Under the pieces are notes generated by a model, which saw only the letters and a program-made list of their open reading frames with translations, had not been told where the DNA came from and ran no database searches. Of a stretch of 64,000 bases of DNA, positions 47,584 to 55,834 are shown in pieces. This stretch comes from a virus (taxonomy: Duplodnaviria > Caudoviricetes). Made by a program: the position numbers and the translations under genes. Each line of letters begins with the position of its first letter. Positions within the stretch are counted from its first letter, which is position 1. The DNA lies in IMG/VR virus record IMGVR_UViG_3300047539_000078, positions 1 through 64,000 of that record, one strand, 5' to 3'.

Positions 47584-50382
47584 CTAAATCTCGCACGACC
47601 CGCCAGCGCACGCCATTTCCTTCTGTGAGGTCGTGCCGTCCTCGATTTCGAATTCAGGCAAGCGGTTCCAATCTACGACCGGGAACGCGGCGACCAGCTT
47701 GTCGTATTCGGCCTTGGTGATTTCCGTGTTCGGAGCCTGTTTGTAGCAGTGCTCCGAGTACGGCAGGAACGAGATGCCGCCGATTTCGTCGAAGTTCTTG
47801 TAGACCCATGCACCGGCCTCCAGCCACTCATGCTCGCGGATGTAGACCGTGCACGACGGGTTGTGCTCCGTCCAATGGCGCTTGTAGGTCAGGTAGAGTT
47901 CGAGCTGCTGGATGGCGTTGCGGTCCTTGCGGAACACGCTCGTGTCCGGGGACTTCATCGGGAAGTAGAAGACGCAGACATCGTTCGGCTTGTTGATCTC
48001 CGGCTCCCAGGGCACTCCCATGGCCTTGAGGAAGTTGCTCACCGGGTCCTTGGCGTCGTTGCGGGTGGCACGGAGGACGAAGGGGCTGTGGCGGTCGTGG
48101 ATGCCGGGGGCACAGTCCACAAGTTGCGAGACCGTCCCGCTTGGCTTGTTGCAAGTTACGGCAGCGGCGGGGTTTATACCGAGCTTTTCGCTCCATTCGA
48201 TGTTGACCTCGATGCAGAACTGCCGCAATGAATCAAGGTTCTTTTCAAGGTCAGGTCCGTTTACGGATGTAAGTCTATTGTCTTCAATGCCGGTCAGGGA
48301 AACACCCAATAGGCGCTCTTCCTCGGCATTTTTCTTCCACTGCTTACGTAGATAGCGGAAATCGGTGAGCGTCGCCTGTAGGGTGCCCAGGATCGTCGCT
48401 AAACGTGCTTTACGGCGGATGTCCGCCCAGGTGTCGGTCGGTCGTACGACCACTTCCGTGAGGTTGCAGAAGCTCATGGAGCGGAGGAGAATCTCGCCGC
48501 ACGGGTTGCAGCCGAATTCGATGCCCTCCCACTTGCGGCGACCGGTCGCCTTTGCGGCCAGTTGGGCGGCATACCGGTTGAAGATGCCGCGTTCCCCGGA
48601 CTTGGACTCGTGGAGGGACAGCCATTCCTTCATGAACATCCCGATTTCAGGCTTTTCGGTGTAGACGGCGGAGTTGTTCGCCAGGCGACGCCACGGGGTG
48701 TTCTCTTCCTTGTACCATTCCCCGGTCTTGGCGTGGCGCATGCGCTCGTCGGACAGGTTGGAGAGGGAAATCATGGCGGAACGCCGGACGCCCCCGGACA
48801 CGACGACATCGGCGACCTTGCACATGAGGTCGTGGCATTCTAGGGAGGTTAGCTTGCGACCCGCAGCGCCCTGGAACAGGTGGACGGAGAACTTCATCAG
48901 GTCGTTGAGGGGTTCGGGACCGGATGCTCGACCGCCGAATGTCTTGAGCTTGGCACCCTTCTCTCGGATGGCGGACAAATCCCAGGTGGGGATCATGCCG
49001 GTGTAAAGCAGTGCGATGAGTTCCTTGAACGCGGTGGCCCAGCCGATTTTGGAATCGCGGACCTTGAGGACGACGCTGCTGTTGTGGAAACTTTCCGCGA
49101 CTACTGGAAGCTGATTGATATACTGGCGCTCGACGGAGAAACCGACCCCGGTCCCGCACATCGAAAGGTACATCGCTTCGTCGAACGCACGCTGGTCGTC
49201 GACGGCTAGATACGCGCAGTTCCCGGTCAAAATGCCATCCGCCAGCGTGAATGCGTGTGTTGCAGGTTCCATGACGCAGAAGACTTCCTCCGGTTCATCC
49301 AAGGGGGTTATGGCTTCAACCTTGAACCATCCGCTCTTTTGTATGGTAAGTCGTTGCAGGGGGTGCTTGCGGACTCCGTAAGGAGTCTCCATTGTAGGGT
49401 CGGTGTTTTTCCCGGTGATGATGTAACCGGCGAGGGGAGAGATTTCCTCAACAAATCTAATAGCAGCATCACTTTGCGAACTCAGGCTGGGTTGTTCCGG
49501 GCGCATGCATCCATCCGCCGCCAGATAACCTTCTAACCAGTTCTTGAGATAGTCGGCATCGGCATCAGTAGGCAGTTTTTTCCAGGTTTCGAAAAATCCT
49601 TTGTGAAATAGTACAACCGCGTCCCCTCCATAGGATGGGGGAAAGCAAACCGAGCAATGACCATAGGATTCAAATATATGCAGCCATTGTTTGTCTTTTT
49701 CCCCGCACAAGCGGACTTTCGCACGGCCACGGGTATCAATCGTACCGTCTCCGAATCCGAAACCAGCTATCCAAGCTTCAGCATTGAACACGACGGAATC
49801 CACGGGAGCACCTACAAAGCGCACTATGTCCCCAACTTGGAGGTCCGTCACTTCTCCGCGATTTTCCGTAAGCCAACGATGGTTAGGGGTTACGGTTATT
49901 TTTCTGCGGATATTCGTCCGAGAACGCCCATGCGGTTCACGTGTCGGCTTGAACGATACCTCCTGGACCGGTTGGATGCCGAAGGATGCAACATCAGCGT
50001 CGGACCACAACCCGTTTTTGGTTAAGACCTTGTGGGTTTGGCCGAACGCCTCAATAAAAGTCTTCACCCCGTCCTTGGTCAGGAATTTTTGGTGCCCCGC
50101 GAAGCAGTTGTATCCGGCAGCGTTGTCTTTCTCTAAAGCCTTGCCAGCCGTCATCATGGCACGCATCGACGGCATGACTTCCATGGCGATGATGGCCTGC
50201 TGGATTTCCTTCACCACCTTTTGCCGATCTTTTTCTGGAATGCGTCCCGAGAAGAAGTCCATGTAGCGTTGGATTGTTTCTTCCCCGTGTTCTCTTCGGT
50301 TTAGATCATCTCTCCATCTTGCGTAGCGTGTTTTGTGGATGAATGACGAATAAAATGCACCGACGTGATTTGAATTTGGCAT
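47584..50382 (-). CDS. nrdJ: Class II (B12-dependent) ribonucleotide reductase containing an intein
   Basis: MPSMR, YNC, GTGVGF, ASGP, GGVRRSA, NPCGE, CNL, KPSGTVS, C-terminal CAGGSC. Confidence 0.92.
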   Translation of the reverse strand: MPNSNHVGAFYSSFIHKTRYARWRDDLNRREHGEETIQRYMDFFSGRIPEKDRQKVVKEIQQAIIAMEVMPSMRAMMTAGKALEKDNAAGYNCFAGHQKFLTKDGVKTFIEAFGQTHKVLTKNGLWSDADVASFGIQPVQEVSFKPTREPHGRSRTNIRRKITVTPNHRWLTENRGEVTDLQVGDIVRFVGAPVDSVVFNAEAWIAGFGFGDGTIDTRGRAKVRLCGEKDKQWLHIFESYGHCSVCFPPSYGGDAVVLFHKGFFETWKKLPTDADADYLKNWLEGYLAADGCMRPEQPSLSSQSDAAIRFVEEISPLAGYIITGKNTDPTMETPYGVRKHPLQRLTIQKSGWFKVEAITPLDEPEEVFCVMEPATHAFTLADGILTGNCAYLAVDDQRAFDEAMYLSMCGTGVGFSVERQYINQLPVVAESFHNSSVVLKVRDSKIGWATAFKELIALLYTGMIPTWDLSAIREKGAKLKTFGGRASGPEPLNDLMKFSVHLFQGAAGRKLTSLECHDLMCKVADVVVSGGVRRSAMISLSNLSDERMRHAKTGEWYKEENTPWRRLANNSAVYTEKPEIGMFMKEWLSLHESKSGERGIFNRYAAQLAAKATGRRKWEGIEFGCNPCGEILLRSMSFCNLTEVVVRPTDTWADIRRKARLATILGTLQATLTDFRYLRKQWKKNAEEERLLGVSLTGIEDNRLTSVNGPDLEKNLDSLRQFCIEVNIEWSEKLGINPAAAVTCNKPSGTVSQLVDCAPGIHDRHSPFVLRATRNDAKDPVSNFLKAMGVPWEPEINKPNDVCVFYFPMKSPDTSVFRKDRNAIQQLELYLTYKRHWTEHNPSCTVYIREHEWLEAGAWVYKNFDEIGGISFLPYSEHCYKQAPNTEITKAEYDKLVAAFPVVDWNRLPEFEIEDGTTSQKEMACAGGSCEI
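49219..50106 (-). mobile_element. Intein (296 aa) with LAGLIDADG homing endonuclease
   Basis: AAGYN|CFAG...TPNHRW...WIAGFGFGDG...LEGYLAADG...VFCV...LTGN|CAY. Confidence 0.92.
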
Positions 50383-51043
50383 TGGCTGCGAACGACCTCA
50401 GGGTGAAAAATGCGCGTAGTTTGGAGAGAAATCAGGCGACGTATTAGGGTTGGAAAAAATTCTATTCTCTTCATTAGCGAACCGAATTTATAATACCCGA
50501 ACGAGGAGTAGTTGCGGCTAGTTTGTTTTCGCTTTTTTCATCAGAACTTCGAGGAGCGATGCCCAGAATTTTTCCCAATCGTAGTCGGGATCGTTCTTGA
50601 ATTCATTGCCTTCCAGGTACACGCTCTTGTGCACCTGACGCGCCAAGCGCTTGCAAAGCAGCACCGTGTCGCTCGGGATGCCGTCCACGAGAACCATCGG
50701 AAAAACGAACGCGGACGGTTTTCAACGCGGTCATCCACGTGCGTGAAGTGCGTGATTATGACCTCGTCGCCTTCGTCGCTGCAATTCCATTCGTTCCAGT
50801 TGTCGGTCATCCCGAAAAGAATCTGCTCCAAGTGCTTGATGGGGACGACAAAATACTCTTTGTCCTGTTCCATCCCCGTAGTATACTACCCCTTGATGAA
50901 CTGGGGCAAGGCATTCGCGTACACGCAGGCTCTCACGTGCTTCGCCGCGTCGATCTGCTACTTCGCGGTAGGCAACATCCGGTTCGGATTCTATTGGCTC
51001 CTGGCCGGATGCCTCACCGTCACGGTGACGGTTTAAAAAGACC

Positions 51044-51073
51044 TTGACATTGATTCAAGTTTCGCGGTATTAT
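51044..51073 (+). promoter_or_regulatory. Sigma70-type promoter upstream of the RNA island
   Basis: TTGACA (51044), 18-nt spacer, TATTAT (51068). Confidence 0.7.
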
Positions 51074-51430
51074 AACCGTGACTGATGTACCCGAGTGAAA
51101 ACATTGGCCCCGCATGGTAGCGAGGTGAGCTACAGAGTAGCGTTCGTAACTGAGCAGGATTGCGGGGTTCAATTTATCAGCTTGACAAATGAAGTGAGAA
51201 ATGCGACTATGAAACTCTAGGCTGAACATGAACACTCTTCTCAAGACCGGACGAATTACCCGAGATACCTTCGACAACGTCGTCAGCTTCCAGGACGGCG
51301 TGGTCGTGACATCCGTACGCATTGACACGGATGGTGAACGAGGTATCGAGGTTGGCATCTAAGCGTCCCCGCACCAAAGGGCGCTTTCAAGCGCCAACCC
51401 ACCGGAAGTAGAAGCAAAATCTAAACATAC

Positions 51431-51506
51431 AGTCGGTTAGCTCAGAGGCAAGAGCACTACGTTTACACCGTAGGGGTCGAGATTTCAAAATTCTCACCGA
51501 CTACCA
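51431..51506 (+). tRNA. tRNA-Val(TAC)
   Basis: Cloverleaf, CTACG-tttacac-CGTAG, encoded CCA. Confidence 0.92.
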
Positions 51507-51515
51507 AGGACATTT

Positions 51516-52091
51516 ATGAGTGAGAGCCGGGTTTGGGTGATTTCAGACACGCACTGGAATCGCAACAAGATCAAGACGTATTGCGTGCGGCCACCGGGGT
51601 ACACCGAGCGGAGCATCCGCCTGTGGAATAACACGGTCAAGCCGGAGGATATGGTCATCCATTTGGGCGACGTGGCAATCGGCGGATACGACCAGGTGAA
51701 GGAAATCTTGGACAGCCTGCCGGGAACCAAGGTCCTCGTCACGGGTAACCATGATGAGAGCAAGTCGCTGACCTGGTGGATGCGGAACGGTTTTGTGTTC
51801 GCTTGTGAGGGGTTGGCTTTTCGGAATATCTGGTTGTCGCACAGACCAGCGTACCGGTTGCCGCCAGGGTGCCACCTGAATGTGCACGGTCATCTGCACA
51901 TCAAGCGGGAACACTGGAAGGTGATGAAGCCCTTCAACAAGCTGTTCGCGTTGGAGTATACGGATTATCGACCGGTGGTTTTCGACAAGTTCGTACAGTC
52001 ACCGTCGATTCGGGATTTGAAGTGGGAAGACCACCGTCCCGTGGAGCACGACCGCTTCATCGAGGCGCGAGTGCATCCGATTCCGTGGTAA
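51516..52091 (+). CDS. Calcineurin-like metallophosphoesterase
   Basis: SDTH, HLGD, GNHD, SHRP, HGHLH. Confidence 0.9.
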   Translation: MSESRVWVISDTHWNRNKIKTYCVRPPGYTERSIRLWNNTVKPEDMVIHLGDVAIGGYDQVKEILDSLPGTKVLVTGNHDESKSLTWWMRNGFVFACEGLAFRNIWLSHRPAYRLPPGCHLNVHGHLHIKREHWKVMKPFNKLFALEYTDYRPVVFDKFVQSPSIRDLKWEDHRPVEHDRFIEARVHPIPW

Positions 52092-52176
52092 CCAAATTCG
52101 TAGGCAGGTTGAAATCCCTGTCTCGCAAAGCTGTGGGAGCCTGTTTGCCGGTTATCCAAACAGGTTCTCTACATTT

Positions 52177-52251
52177 GCCTGTGTCGTCCAAGGGCTAGGA
52201 CGCACCCTCGATAGGGGTGTCATGGTGGTTCGAATCCATCCGCAGGTACCA
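52177..52251 (+). tRNA. Atypical tRNA, anticodon GAT (Ile?) with C33
   Basis: GCCTGTG/CGCAGGT acceptor, CACCC-tcgatag-GGGTG, TTCGAAT loop, ACCA. Confidence 0.75.
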
Positions 52252-52325
52252 TTAGGCAGAGATTCTGGCCAGACGCCAGATGGTCACAGTTGACCATCGT
52301 TTAACTAAGACGTTGCCTCCTTTTT

Positions 52326-52532
52326 ATGGAACAGCATGATTTTGTTGATTGGGCGGGAGTCGCCAGAATGCTCTTTGCTGGCTGGAACCCGTATCCCGAC
52401 AAGGCTTATTGTGAGAAGGTCGGCTGGTGTGTGAATACGGACGGCACCGTGGATACTCCGGGCGGAATCCGTATCCCGACGCGGGACCTTTTTGAAGTAA
52501 AGGAACTTGAGGCTCTATACAAGTTGGGGTGA
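52326..52532 (+). CDS. Hypothetical protein
   Basis: 68-aa ORF between tRNAs. Confidence 0.5.
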   Translation: MEQHDFVDWAGVARMLFAGWNPYPDKAYCEKVGWCVNTDGTVDTPGGIRIPTRDLFEVKELEALYKLG

Positions 52533-52555
52533 TGTGGACTTTTGAACGGTATTAT

Positions 52556-52630
52556 AGGCGGTTAGCTCAGTGGTTAGAGCGCGTCTCTCACACGGACGAG
52601 GCTCGGGTTCGATTCCCGACCTGCCTACCA
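52556..52630 (+). tRNA. tRNA-Val(CAC)
   Basis: CGTCT-ctcacac-GGACG, GGTTCGATTCC, ACCA. Confidence 0.88.
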
Positions 52631-52653
52631 AGAAGTTGTGGTATCATAGTAGT

Positions 52654-53046
52654 ATGAAAGACACAACTGGCATTGGTTCCGTAACTGAAGCTATGGTTTT
52701 GGCGGCCTTGATTCGCCAAGGGAAACAGGTTTACATCCCCTTTAGTGGGGACTCACGCAGCGATTTGATCGTGGATGGGGAAAGCGGTCTCATTCGCATT
52801 CAATGTAAGACGGGTCGGCTGCGTAATGGTTGCGTTGAGTTTCGCAACTATAGCCAAACAAGTGCGGGACTTCGACCGTATCAAAAGAAAGATGTTGATG
52901 TTTTCGGTGTTTATTGTCCGGCCAACGGGAAAGTGTATGTGGTTCCCATTGAAGAGTGTGGCGGACAACTTACGTTGCTTCGAATAGAACCAACGAAGAA
53001 TAACTACAAGAAGGGCGTTCGATTTGCAGTAAAGTACGAAGTTTAG
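52654..53046 (+). CDS. Free-standing PD-(D/E)XK endonuclease (group I intron-associated / I-Ssp6803I-like family)
   Basis: G...EA.V...L...G..V..P, DLIVD, RIQCKT, Y...VDVFGVY. Confidence 0.85.
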   Translation: MKDTTGIGSVTEAMVLAALIRQGKQVYIPFSGDSRSDLIVDGESGLIRIQCKTGRLRNGCVEFRNYSQTSAGLRPYQKKDVDVFGVYCPANGKVYVVPIEECGGQLTLLRIEPTKNNYKKGVRFAVKYEV

Positions 53047-53048
53047 TT

Positions 53049-53122
53049 GCGGGCATCGTATAGTGGTAATACACATGCTTGCCAAGCATGAGATGTGAGT
53101 TCGATTCTCATTGCCCGCTCCA
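53049..53122 (+). tRNA. tRNA-Gly(GCC)
   Basis: CATGC-ttgccaa-GCATG, TCCA. Confidence 0.95.
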
Positions 53123-53197
53123 TCGTGGAATTAAGTAGTGGAGGCGACTTGCAACGCAAGTTGAACCTGAGAAGCTATGAAGTCCACGTAAACTTAT

Positions 53198-53272
53198 GCG
53201 GTACTTTGTCGGTCTTGGAGTCTAGACACGGGACCGGACGCAGGCCCGTTGAATGACGGGGGGACCGCTCCA
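53198..53272 (+). ncRNA. tRNA-like element without canonical D/anticodon arms
   Basis: GCGGT/ACCGC plus TCCA end, CCCGT-tgaatg-ACGGG hairpin, 75 nt. Confidence 0.5.
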
Positions 53273-53276
53273 GTTT

Positions 53277-53543
53277 CTGTCACCCGAAAGGGTCGCTCGG
53301 TGCGGAAAGGGGCTGACACCGCAAGTTACAAAAGCCCGACAGATTGATTTTGTGTGCACCGTGCGGACCCTCACGCATATCGCGAGATGGGAAAAGCACC
53401 GGGATTAAGGCCCGAGATTCGACAGCCGAGAGGTTCGGCGGTGAACGGCCTAAAAGCCCGAACCGCTTGGTGGCGAAAGCCAACACCGACTGGCGCACGC
53501 AACTAAATTTATAAAAGGAAGGGAGTGGCAACACCAACCCTTC
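53277..53543 (+). ncRNA. Unknown highly structured RNA(s)
   Basis: Several GNRA-capped hairpins, closing stems CTGTC/GACAG and TTGTGTGC/GCACGCAA, no plus-strand ORF in the track. Confidence 0.6.
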
Positions 53544-53568
53544 GGCGGGGCACTTAAAAATGCCCTAT

Positions 53569-53643
53569 GCCCTGCTAGCTCAGTGGTTAGAGCGCAGCCA
53601 TGACACGGCTGAAACAGAGGTTCAATTCCTCTGCGGGGCACCA
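53569..53643 (+). tRNA. tRNA-Val(GAC)
   Basis: CAGCC-atgacac-GGCTG, ACCA. Confidence 0.92.
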
Positions 53644-53646
53644 GAT

Positions 53647-53720
53647 GCGGGCGTCGTACAATGGCAGTATAGAAGCTTCCCAAGCTTCGGATGTGGGTTC
53701 GATTCCCATCGCCCGCTCCA
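53647..53720 (+). tRNA. tRNA-Gly(CCC)
   Basis: GAAGC-ttcccaa-GCTTC, TCCA. Confidence 0.95.
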
Positions 53721-53784
53721 GAAGTCCCGCCAGTCTTCGGACTGGCAATGTCTCGGACCCGTGGAATGAGGATAACGGGCAAAC

Positions 53785-53858
53785 GCGGGGTTGGCATATA
53801 GGTTGTGCACCAGCCTTCCAAGCTGGACAAACGGGTTCGAGTCCCGTACCCCGCTCCA
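53785..53858 (+). tRNA. tRNA-Gly(TCC)
   Basis: CCAGC-cttccaa-GCTGG, TCCA. Confidence 0.95.
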
Positions 53859-53934
53859 GTGTTCTTGTCGTTGACTAGGATGCCGCCCATAAGAGGGTGG
53901 AGCATCCTTGGTGGCGTCAAGGACACTTAAAATT

Positions 53935-54010
53935 GGTGCTGTAGAGGAACGGCTAACTCGTCTCCCTGTCACGGAGAAGATAGTGGGTTCGACACCCATC
54001 AGCACCGCCA
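53935..54010 (+). tRNA. tRNA-Asp(GTC)
   Basis: TCTCC-ctgtcac-GGAGA, GCCA. Confidence 0.94.
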
Positions 54011-54012
54011 GT

Positions 54013-54083
54013 GTTCCTGTAGTCTAACCAGGACGCCGCTCCTTTGGGCGGAGATGTGGGCTTGACGCCCGCCGGGGACACCA
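54013..54083 (+). tRNA. Degenerate tRNA, anticodon undetermined
   Basis: GTTCCTG/CGGGGAC plus ACCA, short D arm, 6-nt anticodon loop CCTTTG, non-canonical T loop CTTGACG. Confidence 0.6.
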
Positions 54084-54132
54084 GCCGTGACGTAGACTGG
54101 GGAACGGGTTTCTACGGCCAGGTTCCCCTTAT

Positions 54133-54207
54133 GGCCCACTAGTGCAACGGCCAGCACACTTGGTTCTCAACCAAGAGACGCGGGTTCAACTCCCACGTGG
54201 GCTACCA
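54133..54207 (+). tRNA. tRNA-Glu(CTC)
   Basis: CTTGG-ttctcaa-CCAAG, ACCA. Confidence 0.92.
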
Positions 54208-54213
54208 GCTTAG

Positions 54214-54389
54214 CGTGCCCCCATCAACGGGGGTGAGCAGGTGCGTTATCACCTGAGGCGAAGCCGACCTTAACGACGGCATTAGTCCCCTGCTGAAATG
54301 CAGGCGTAGCTAGGCACGATTTCTGAGATAGTAGGAAAGAGTATCTTGCGGGCTGGCTGATGGGTTCCGCATCTAAGTTCTACCTACTG
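54214..54389 (+). ncRNA. Unknown multi-branched structured RNA(s)
   Basis: CGTGCC/GGCACG closes several hairpins; then a TAGTAGG/CCTACTG stem. Confidence 0.5.
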
Positions 54390-54405
54390 AGTTGCATCAG
54401 CATTT

Positions 54406-54479
54406 GGCCCGTTAGTGTATAGGTAACACATGAGCCTTTCAAGCTCATTAAGCGAGTTCGAGTCTCGCACGGGCTACCA
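54406..54479 (+). tRNA. tRNA-Glu(TTC)
   Basis: TGAGC-ctttcaa-GCTCA, ACCA. Confidence 0.93.
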
Positions 54480-54676
54480 AATCCTCCATGAGTCCCAAAC
54501 TTCACATCGTTTCCGAGGGCGGGAAGTTCGTCATCAAAGACGAGCAAAGTCACGCATACGGAACATACCCCACGAAAAAGCAAGCCGACGATACCGCGAA
54601 GCTGTGGCGGGATTACTACGAAGACCGGCACGCATAATTTCCTCCATGAATGTCCTATCCCGTGGTATCATAGGCT

Positions 54677-55225
54677 ATGCCTCGAATTTCAAACGCCTTT
54701 GACGCATACCGGTTTCTCCATGACCACCCCGCCTTCCGCCTATCCGAACGATCTGAAATCACGCTCAACGAAGCAGTCTTCCAACGGGAGATGGGATTTC
54801 TCATCACGAAGGATCGCGGCGGGCAGCATTATCGCGTGTGGCGTCACGTGCACCGCCGCGCCATTGCCGAGAATCTTGACATTTTCTATACGAAGACCGA
54901 CAAGCCAGGCGGGCACGGAACCGTCCAGGAAGACAAATCCAAAAACAGGCACGTCGAATGCTGGTTGGAGTTCGGTCCGCTCAGTTATGGCTATAGCGTT
55001 GATTGGGAAGATACGACCCGCCTGCAGCATGAACACGATTGGCGCTTGGACACGGGCGGGTCGACTTTCGATGAAGCAATCGTCAGCTTGGCGAGACTCG
55101 TCAAGAAATTCTACGGCGACTACAAGCTTGGAAAGCGCACTGACGATTGCGATACACCGATATGTGCCGATTGCTTGGAGACAGGGTTCATGGTAGAGCG
55201 CTTGGGCTTGGGGAAGAAGAAATGA
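54677..55225 (+). CDS. Hypothetical phage protein, probably leaderless
   Basis: TGGTATCAT ends 5 nt before ATG; WLEFG...HDWRLDTGG.TFDEAI..LA. Confidence 0.7.
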   Translation: MPRISNAFDAYRFLHDHPAFRLSERSEITLNEAVFQREMGFLITKDRGGQHYRVWRHVHRRAIAENLDIFYTKTDKPGGHGTVQEDKSKNRHVECWLEFGPLSYGYSVDWEDTTRLQHEHDWRLDTGGSTFDEAIVSLARLVKKFYGDYKLGKRTDDCDTPICADCLETGFMVERLGLGKKK

Positions 55226-55375
55226 GCGGATATACCCACGATGAACTCGGCAACCTTATTCGCCGCGATTCCGAGGACAATCCCACATGCTCCAAATGCG
55301 GCGATTTTGTGTTCTGCGACGTGCCATGTTTTAGATGCTATCCGGAGTGGTATGCACGAAAAAGAGGGCAAATGA

Positions 55376-55642
55376 GTGAAGATTCTCACGACTTCAAAAA
55401 TTCGTCCGTCTTCCTGTCCGGCGTGCGGAAGCGATATCCAGCTTGTTCGAAAATGGCTATGGATTCAAGCACAAGTGGATGGAGCGTATGCCGCCACAAG
55501 TTGGCACACCTGGCGGGTGTTGGACGCCGCGAAGCCGAATGCAGAGTGGATGAAGGACATCGACATCCCGAAGCCCGGTTCCGACGACTTGGTCCTCACG
55601 GCCCAGGATGAGAAGATTCTTCGCCGTCTGATAAAGATATGA
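55376..55642 (+). CDS. Small Zn-finger-like hypothetical protein
   Basis: CPAC motif; overlapping start and stop codons. Confidence 0.45.
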   Translation: MKILTTSKIRPSSCPACGSDIQLVRKWLWIQAQVDGAYAATSWHTWRVLDAAKPNAEWMKDIDIPKPGSDDLVLTAQDEKILRRLIKI

Positions 55643-55834
55643 AAAGTCCCGGCTGCCGACATGTTGGAGCATGAAGCCAGAGCTGCGTATGTCGGTGAAG
55701 GTAAAACCGTATTTTGGTCCGTGTTACGACCAATGGCATATCTTGAAATTCTGCAACATAGTTGACCCGGACAAGATGGACCTTTCGGTTCACAAGAAGC
55801 TCCTGAAGAGCCTCAAGATCAAGACGGATGATTC

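Noticed and set aside
50383-50500. Cobalamin riboswitch or NrdR box upstream of nrdJ
   Set aside because: No B12-box or NrdR palindrome recognisable
51162-51376. Possible tmRNA (GCGGGG ... CCCCGC-ACCA with internal 44-aa ORF)
   Set aside because: No T-arm before ACCA, no G3:U70 pair, only about 215 nt, and the 5' GCGGGG pairs equally well with upstream CCCCGCA
52570-52653. N-terminal extension of the nuclease ORF, or an intron in tRNA-Val
   Set aside because: Extension overlaps a complete tRNA gene; ATG 52654 follows its own -10 element
53215-53232. CTA amber-suppressor anticodon in the tRNA-like element, or a recoded genetic code
   Set aside because: Flanking stem does not form a proper anticodon arm, and TAG acts as a normal stop for several long genes here
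53300-53342. Resemblance to RNase P RNA conserved regions (GGAAAG...ACAAAA)
   Set aside because: Lacks GAGGAAAGUCC and GGCUUA P4 pairing and the spacing is far too short
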